NCBI RefSeq assembly: GCF_964204645.1
Contig: NC_134031.1
Location: 11,472,088-11,536,087 of the forward strand
Source: Tubulanus polymorphus
Lineage: Eukaryota; Animalia; Nemertea
Length of the DNA: 64,000 bases
Direction of reading: 5' to 3'
The translations under genes were made by a program, and so were the position numbers. Positions within the stretch are counted from its first letter, which is position 1, and each line of letters begins with the position of its first letter. The notes under the pieces were generated by a model. The model was not told the DNA's origin and ran no database searches. It saw only the letters and a list, made by a program, of their open reading frames with translations. Positions 58,051 to 64,000 of this stretch are shown piece by piece.

Positions 58051-58140
58051 TTATTATACGTATTTTTTTACTAAATTGGTTAATAATTTTAGAATCCTCT
58101 TCCATTTCTTCGACCAACGTCATCTTCATTTTCGTCTTTT

Positions 58141-58392
58141 TCATTCCTCGCTGCTTTTGATAAGTTGTTTCGATTCCTTGATATCAAATTCCTCAACGTA
58201 TTGTTCATTATTTGGATCATTATTCCATAATTCAATAAATTTCTTTGCTTTTGTTAACTGTTCTGAATATAACTGTAAATATTCTAGTTTCAATTTATTC
58301 TCTAAATGTGTTTTAGTTTTATTGTGTCTTGCTTTTTGGGACTTATCTATATCGATATTACATGTTGGGCAGTAGTACTTATTTGCTTCCAT
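58141..58392 (-). pseudogene. Chimeric ORF: TIR copy of the pPolB N-terminal finger plus a remnant resembling the HNH protein C-terminus
   Basis: First 38 aa identical to 40567 ORF; QLYSEQLTKAKKFIELWN resembles QLYLDKLDKAKTFVELWN. Confidence 0.7.
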
Positions 58393-58739
58393 TTTAATAC
58401 TATATTTTTTATTAAAATTGATTTTAGAAGTTCAATGATTTAAATGTTATTCATATATATGAATATTTTAAGAGTAATAGGGGTAATAGGCTTTCAAGCT
58501 AAAGGTTGAACGGGCGGGTGAGTAAAAATGAAAAACATAAAAATAATTACAATTTCTACTTGAATTAGGAGTGAAAATCATAAAAATGAAAAATAAATTC
58601 GAGCGTGTGAGAATTTATTTTTCATTTTTATGAGTTTCGCGAGTAATTCAAGTAGAAATTGTAATTATTTTTATGTTTTTCATTTTTTACGAGCTCGACC
58701 GTTCGACCTTTGGCTTGAAAGCCTATTACCCCTATTACT
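58279..58739. repeat. Mav-3 right TIR
   Basis: Inverted copy of 40220-40680. Confidence 0.97.
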
Positions 58740-58745
58740 AGCCGG

Positions 58746-59398
58746 TCAGACTTTCAGTTTTCGGTTCGCGTACGCCAGAGCTCCGTATTTTAGACATAGT
58801 ACGTTTCAAGCTGATATGCTTGGATAAAACTGAGCTCTTAATGCAAGCTTATGTAGTTCCAGATTTTAGTGTTCCACCTATTCGTACAAACGTCAATTTA
58901 GATTTGTATAGCTACCTTGAAGGGTTAAATCTGGCTACAGCGGTTGGTCCAGAACCATTGCACATCGGTTTACTTATAGGTTCTGATTACTATAATAGTA
59001 TAGTTATAGGTCGTTTTATTCGTAGTCCAACTGGCGACGGTCCAGTTGCGGTCAAGAGTCGTCTCGGATATCTTTTATCGGGTCCTGTCGCAGGGGATTC
59101 TGATGGAGATATTACTACGCTCGGTGTTTTAGTCGGCGAACCTGAAAATTCCGATCTGTGTAAATTGTGGGACCTAGATGTTCTAGGCGTCGCGCATCCA
59201 TCTGTTGAAACCGCTCCGAATCCATCGCTTGCGTTTGAAGATTATTGCGAGAATTACATTCGGTTAGAGAATAATCGTTATATCGCTAAACTTCGGTGGA
59301 AGCACAATCATGTTTTATTGACTTCAAATTTCGATATATGTAAACGGCGCACTTTGTCTACGATTCAGCGTCTTGTCAAAACCGGTCATTTGGATTAT
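58746..59398 (+). pseudogene. BEL/Pao post-protease polyprotein fragment, interrupted by Mav-4
   Basis: IGLLIGSDYY, GPVAVKSRLGYLLSGP, LWDLDVLGV, RYIAKLRWK. Confidence 0.9.
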
Positions 59399-61018
59399 AG
59401 TAATAGGGGAATGTGGCTTTCATACCAAAGGTCGAGCTCGTAAAAAAATGAAAATGACAATAATTTCCAGTTGAATTAGTCGCGCACACTCCTAATTCAA
59501 CTGGAAATTATTGTTATTTTCATTTTTTACTCACTCACCCTTTCAACCTTTGATATGAAAGCCACGGTCCCCTATTACTCTTAAAATATTCATTAACATG
59601 GATAAAATATATATGAATAACATATAAAAGTAATTAGAAAAGTGGGCTTTCAGATCAGAGGTCGGAGGTCGAGCTCTTATAGAATAGATATATAGATATA
59701 TTTTAAACATTATTTCAATATTTATATTTGTATGAGTTAGATTTTTAAACATTAAAAGTGTGAGTAAAGTGTGATTGAAATAATTCATATTTAACTCATT
59801 GAATAACATGTAAATGAATAAAATGTATCAAATCAATTTAAAAAAAAAATTTAGTATTAAAATGGAAACAAATAAGTACTACTGTTCAACATGTAAAATC
59901 AATATAGATAAATTTTCCAAAATTCAAGACACAATAAAATTAAAACACATTTAGAGAATAAATTGAAATTAGAATATGAAGATGATATATAAGAATCTAA
60001 ATTAGATCAATTAAAGAATGAAAAAGAAATATATAAATTTGATACATGTAATCAATCATTCAGTGATAAAAGATATTATAATGAACATTTAAAATCTAAA
60101 AGTCATATTAGAAATATGAATAATGATATTTTAGGTGAAGATTATTTTGATAATGACAATGATAAGAAACATAAGACAATTAAAAGAATAAGAAATAAAT
60201 TAAACAATAAAAGACCATACATGGAAGATGTAAGAAATTATATTAATTCATTAGATAATAAAAAAGATATAGAAATAACCGAAGCATTTAAAAGTGATAT
60301 TTGTCCAGCAGCTATTGAGTTTAAATTTCATAAAGGTAAAACGTTAGAAGAAAACAAAAAACATTTAGAAAATATGAAAAATATTATAAAAATAATAGCT
60401 GATGTTGAATATCCTAAAATAAGTATATCTTTTAAAGTTAAGTTTATAAAATCTGAAGATAAACCAATATATAATATGAATTCTTATTCACAACATATTA
60501 CATCTAAACAACATATAGATGATAAATTAGATAAATGTTATAATGAAGTAAAAACTAAAATAGAAGAGAAATATTTTGAAGGATCTGGTTTAATATTTGA
60601 TGAAATAATGTTTATGACTTTACATGTGTATAACACAAAATATAATAAGTTAACTAAATCAAAACCAATAGATGAAAATAATGTATCATATTATAAAGAA
60701 CCAGATATTGAAGCATCAAGTTATATTAAACTACCATTTAAAACTAATGCTGTAATAAATGTACGAAATTTTGATGATAAATGTTTTCTATGGACAATTA
60801 TAAGTTGCTTACATCCAACAGAAGATATTACACATAGTTTTAGATTAACAAATTATAAACCATTTAAAAATAATTATAAGATAGATAAGTATCCAGTTAG
60901 AATTAAAAATATCCCAAAAAATAGAAAGAGATAATAATTTAAGAATAAATGTATTTGATTTAATCAAATTACCAAAAACAAAAGGCAACCATATAAAACA
61001 TTTTACATTAGAACCTTT
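59399..61018 (+). mobile_element. Mav-4: truncated left end of a third AT-rich Maverick (terminal palindrome 59399-59579; decayed pPolB 5' part from 59861)
   Basis: AGTAATAGGGG start breaks the BEL ORF; ORF 60116-60934 matches Mav-3 pPolB N-terminus; homology ends ~61018. Confidence 0.93.
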
Positions 61019-63096
61019 TTGGTTAGCGGTGCTTGTCACTCTCGAATACTTGTTATATACTCACAAACTTAAGTGATGAAGGGTGGACAAAGACACCTGG
61101 CCAACGCGATACGAAAGAAGCAGAAAAACGAGAAATTCCGTAGACGTTTTAGCGGGATGAAGTCGAGTGTGTTCAAGATGGCTCCCGTGTATTCACATTT
61201 ACGTTCAATGGAATGTTGTTCGCGCAAGCAGTATGATGCAAATACATTACTGTTCCGTTTCTATATTAACTGTGGAGAAAAGACTCCGATATAGTAACCG
61301 TAGTACTATAGCGTCTATGAATAGCGAGCAAGTATCAGCTGAACATGAATGCGTTTTGCCGTACTAACGACGTAGCAGTACGCGCTGCGAGGAATTGCGA
61401 TGGATGACGTCATTCGTCCGTCCATGACGTACCTTGTTGTGGCTGGTAGCTATTGCGTCACTTCGCGGTGAATTTCAAACTCAAACTGTGTACTGTTTTG
61501 TGCTTGACTTTTTCATTGTTTAGTGTGCGGAGACAGCGGTCTCAATGTACTTTTTTCCGATTGGGTATCCTGAACTTTAATACGCGTTGTTGTGATTGAA
61601 CTTTAAACATTTACTCGTATAGCATGAATTGTGTCATTTATTGATGTTCTTTTTCAGGATCTGTCTAGGGAGGTTTCAGCGTGATTTATATGAGTTAGTC
61701 TAAATTCAAAATTTCGGGACGAAATATAAGCTGGATGGGGAGTGATGATCCGCAGCAAGATTTCGTAGGAGCTAAAAAATGTTTGTAATGTTGATTTCCT
61801 GAATGCGTTGGTGGTTATTAATGGTTTCAGACAACAAACGTAGTAAGATGTAGTAAGCAGGTTGTTGTTTGATGCTTTGATCTATCAGCGCTGACCATAA
61901 ATCAGCCTAGTGTAAAAATAATTCTTTCTCGGTTCTTCTGCTGCGATATCTGGCAAACATTCAGAAATCTTTTAATAAACTTAAGAATAGACGGAACCGT
62001 ATTTGGTCGGAACAATGGGTTGCATTAGTTATGCGGCTGGTGGAAATGCGGCTGAGTGAGTAAATCATTCCGCGTCATGACAGGAGGGTTTGAAGGAAAA
62101 AGTTAGTTCAGCAAATCAGTTTTGAAAATAATTTTAGATCAGCGAATCATTAAGGCTAAAATCTATATGACCAAAACAGTCATGACAGTAAGGTTGCTGC
62201 TCCTTGCCAAAAGTCGAGTGGGAGAGTCGGTATTTTAAGAATGCCGATTCCTTCTATAAAAGGGACCCGCATCTTGAGAGAGCAGACACTCGGTAGACAC
62301 TCAAAAGACACTCGTAGATACTTGTTAAAAGCTGGTTTGGGACTTGATTCAGGACGGGTTACCAACAGGAGAGTGCAATAGGAATTTAGAGCTAGGATTT
62401 GGATTGTGTTAAACTGGAGAGCTGTGTTTAAATATTAAGGTAAATAAATTCATCTTGTATTGTTATATCCATTCAAAATTTCCGGTATTCTAGTTTTACT
62501 TGGGTTTGTGCGCGGACACGTTCTCTCGCCAGGGACCGATTATCGCTTATATTATTATACGACTAAGGAGAGGATTGTGACCGGCGTATCAATAGACTGA
62601 ATTAGAGTTTAGGCTAGTCCTGACCAAATCCTATCCATGTTATAATTGCACCAGTTATAGTAACGTCACTGTAGGGCAGACGAGAGGGAAAAAGTTGTGT
62701 TTGTAGTACATAGGCATGGTAGGCTTGTCGTACTTACTTAATACTTAAAACGGTGTTGTTACCTGTACGTGACTGTACGGTAATTTCTACAGGTTAGCCG
62801 TATGTGAGTATGTTGACGCTCAGACTTGCAATATTGGGATTCGAAACCAAACGAAAAAAAATCCAGTTGTAGTCAAGCGATTTACCCACTGTGCCACAGA
62901 ACGTAACTGCAGGGTGGATGAAATTTGATTTACGAATAGCCTAGCCTCACCTAACCCAAACTCTATTCTTTCACGCATGCGCGTTTGCAGATTATAGGAA
63001 CTCACGTACGGTTAACCTGTGGATATCACCGTACAGTCACATACGGGTAACAACTTCGTACTTAAAAAATGGTATTGGCTACTAAGAACTCACGTC

Positions 63097-63474
63097 AAAC
63101 GTCTTCGCTATTCTATGCTATTCTTGCTATTCTACTCTCCTAAAAGAACAAAGAATAGCATGCTTTTCTTGCTATTCTTGCTATTCTACAAAACCTTACG
63201 ATAGCATAGAATAGCAAACGTCTTCGCTATTCTATGCTATTCTTGCTATTCTATTCTCCTAAAAGAACAAAGAATAGCATGCTTTTCTTGCTATTCTTGC
63301 TATTCTACAAAACCCTTACGATAGCATAGGATAGCAAACGTCTTCGCTATTCTATGCTATTCTTGCTATTCTAATCTCCTAAAAGAACAAAGAATAGCAT
63401 GCTTTTCTTGCTATTGTTGCTATTCTACAAAACCTTAAGATAGCATAGGATAGCAAACGTCTTCGCTATTCTAT
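63097..63474. repeat. ~120-bp tandem repeat, 3+ copies, built from GCTATTCT/AGAATAGC motifs
   Basis: Unit starting AAACGTCTTCGCTATTCTATGC recurs at ~63097, 63216, 63336, 63455. Confidence 0.93.
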
Positions 63475-63479
63475 AGTTA

Positions 63480-64000
63480 GTGTCAGGGTATAAGGTTATA
63501 AGGTTAGGGTTTAGGTTAAGGGTTATAAGGTTAGGGTTTAGGCCTATAGGATTTATATTAGGGTTAGGGTTTAGGGGGTTTGGGTTAAGAGGGTTAAGGT
63601 TTAGAGGGATAAGGTTGAGGGGGTTAGGGTTAAGGGATTATGGTTTAGGGGGTTATGGTTCAGAGGGTTAGGGTTTAGGAGGGTTAGGGTTTAGGGGGTT
63701 AGGGTTTACAGGGTTAGGGTTAAGGGGGTTACGGTTTAGGGTGTTTAGATAGTAAGGATTTAGAGAGTTAAGTGTCTATTCAGTTAGGGTTTAGGGTTTC
63801 GGGGGTTAGGGTTTATAGTTATTTTCGTTCACTATTATTATTAGTGTCTAGAAGATTAGGGTTTATAGGGTTAGGGTTTAGGTGGTTAGGGTTTAGAGAG
63901 TTAGGGTTTAGAGACTTAAGTGTCTATTTAGTTAGGGGTTTCGAGGGTTAGTGTTTCGAGGGTTATGCTTTCAAGGGTTAGGGTTTATAGTGTTAAGGAT
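63480..64000 (+). repeat. Degenerate telomere-like TTAGGG/TTTAGGG repeats
   Basis: Many GGGTTAGGGTTTA units, G-rich on the + strand, running to the window end. Confidence 0.8.

Larger units (their letters stand above)
40220..58739 (+). mobile_element. Mav-3: near-complete AT-rich Maverick/Polinton (18.5 kb)
   Basis: AGTAATAG...CTATTACT termini, 6-bp TSD AGCCGG (40214-40219, 58740-58745), 461-bp TIRs, pPolB, integrase, ATPase, MCP, mCP. Confidence 0.98.
26198..59398 (+). mobile_element. BEL/Pao LTR retrotransposon split into three pieces (26198-27771, 40026-40219, 58746-59398) by Mavericks; RT/IN and 3' LTR not present in window
   Basis: Gag, aspartic protease and post-protease sequence continue across the TSD-bounded insertions. 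Confidence 0.9.

Noticed and set aside
27766-59398. Sequence-specific Maverick target site
   Set aside because: The four target hexamers share no consensus.
62160-62670. Possible 3' LTR of the BEL element (TATAAAAGGG ~62255, AATAAA ~62443)
   Set aside because: No similarity to the 5' LTR at 26198-26369 and boundaries/TSD could not be defined; may be an unrelated LTR fragment.
62835-62900. tRNA-Val-like sequence on the minus strand
   Set aside because: A- and B-box-like remnants only; arms do not pair.
63480-63671. Gly/Arg/Leu-rich ORF
   Set aside because: Translation of telomere-like repeats.

Overview
Eukaryotic (animal-like) repeat-dense window with no recognisable host gene, ending in degenerate TTAGGG-like repeats. 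It is a nest of mobile elements. A decayed piggyBac (minus strand) is interrupted by a BEL/Pao LTR retrotransposon, and four Maverick/Polinton (adintovirus-like) elements are inserted in or next to these. Mav-1 (<1-24849) is AT-rich, decayed, and carries two Harbinger-type MITEs and an 8-kb Helentron-type insertion. Mav-2 (27772-40019) is GC-rich with TSD AACGGC. Mav-3 (40220-58739) is AT-rich, near-complete, with TSD AGCCGG. Mav-4 (59399-~61018) is truncated. The most unusual object is Mav-2, a capsid-encoding Maverick. Its pPolB is cut off before the polymerase domain and it has no integrase. Inside its TIRs it carries a non-LTR-type reverse transcriptase joined to a cellular-type RNase H1 with no endonuclease, plus a Bcl-2 homologue and a VLTF3-like (poxvirus/NCLDV late transcription factor) gene. 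In the AT-rich family most genes start at a poxvirus-late-promoter-like T-run...TAAATG motif, the termini are long fold-back hairpins, and one gene sits in a separate intron-containing cassette with swappable cargo. Together these suggest (inference) helper-virus-dependent, virophage-like elements. All calls are from motif reading and by-eye alignment; no database searches were run.
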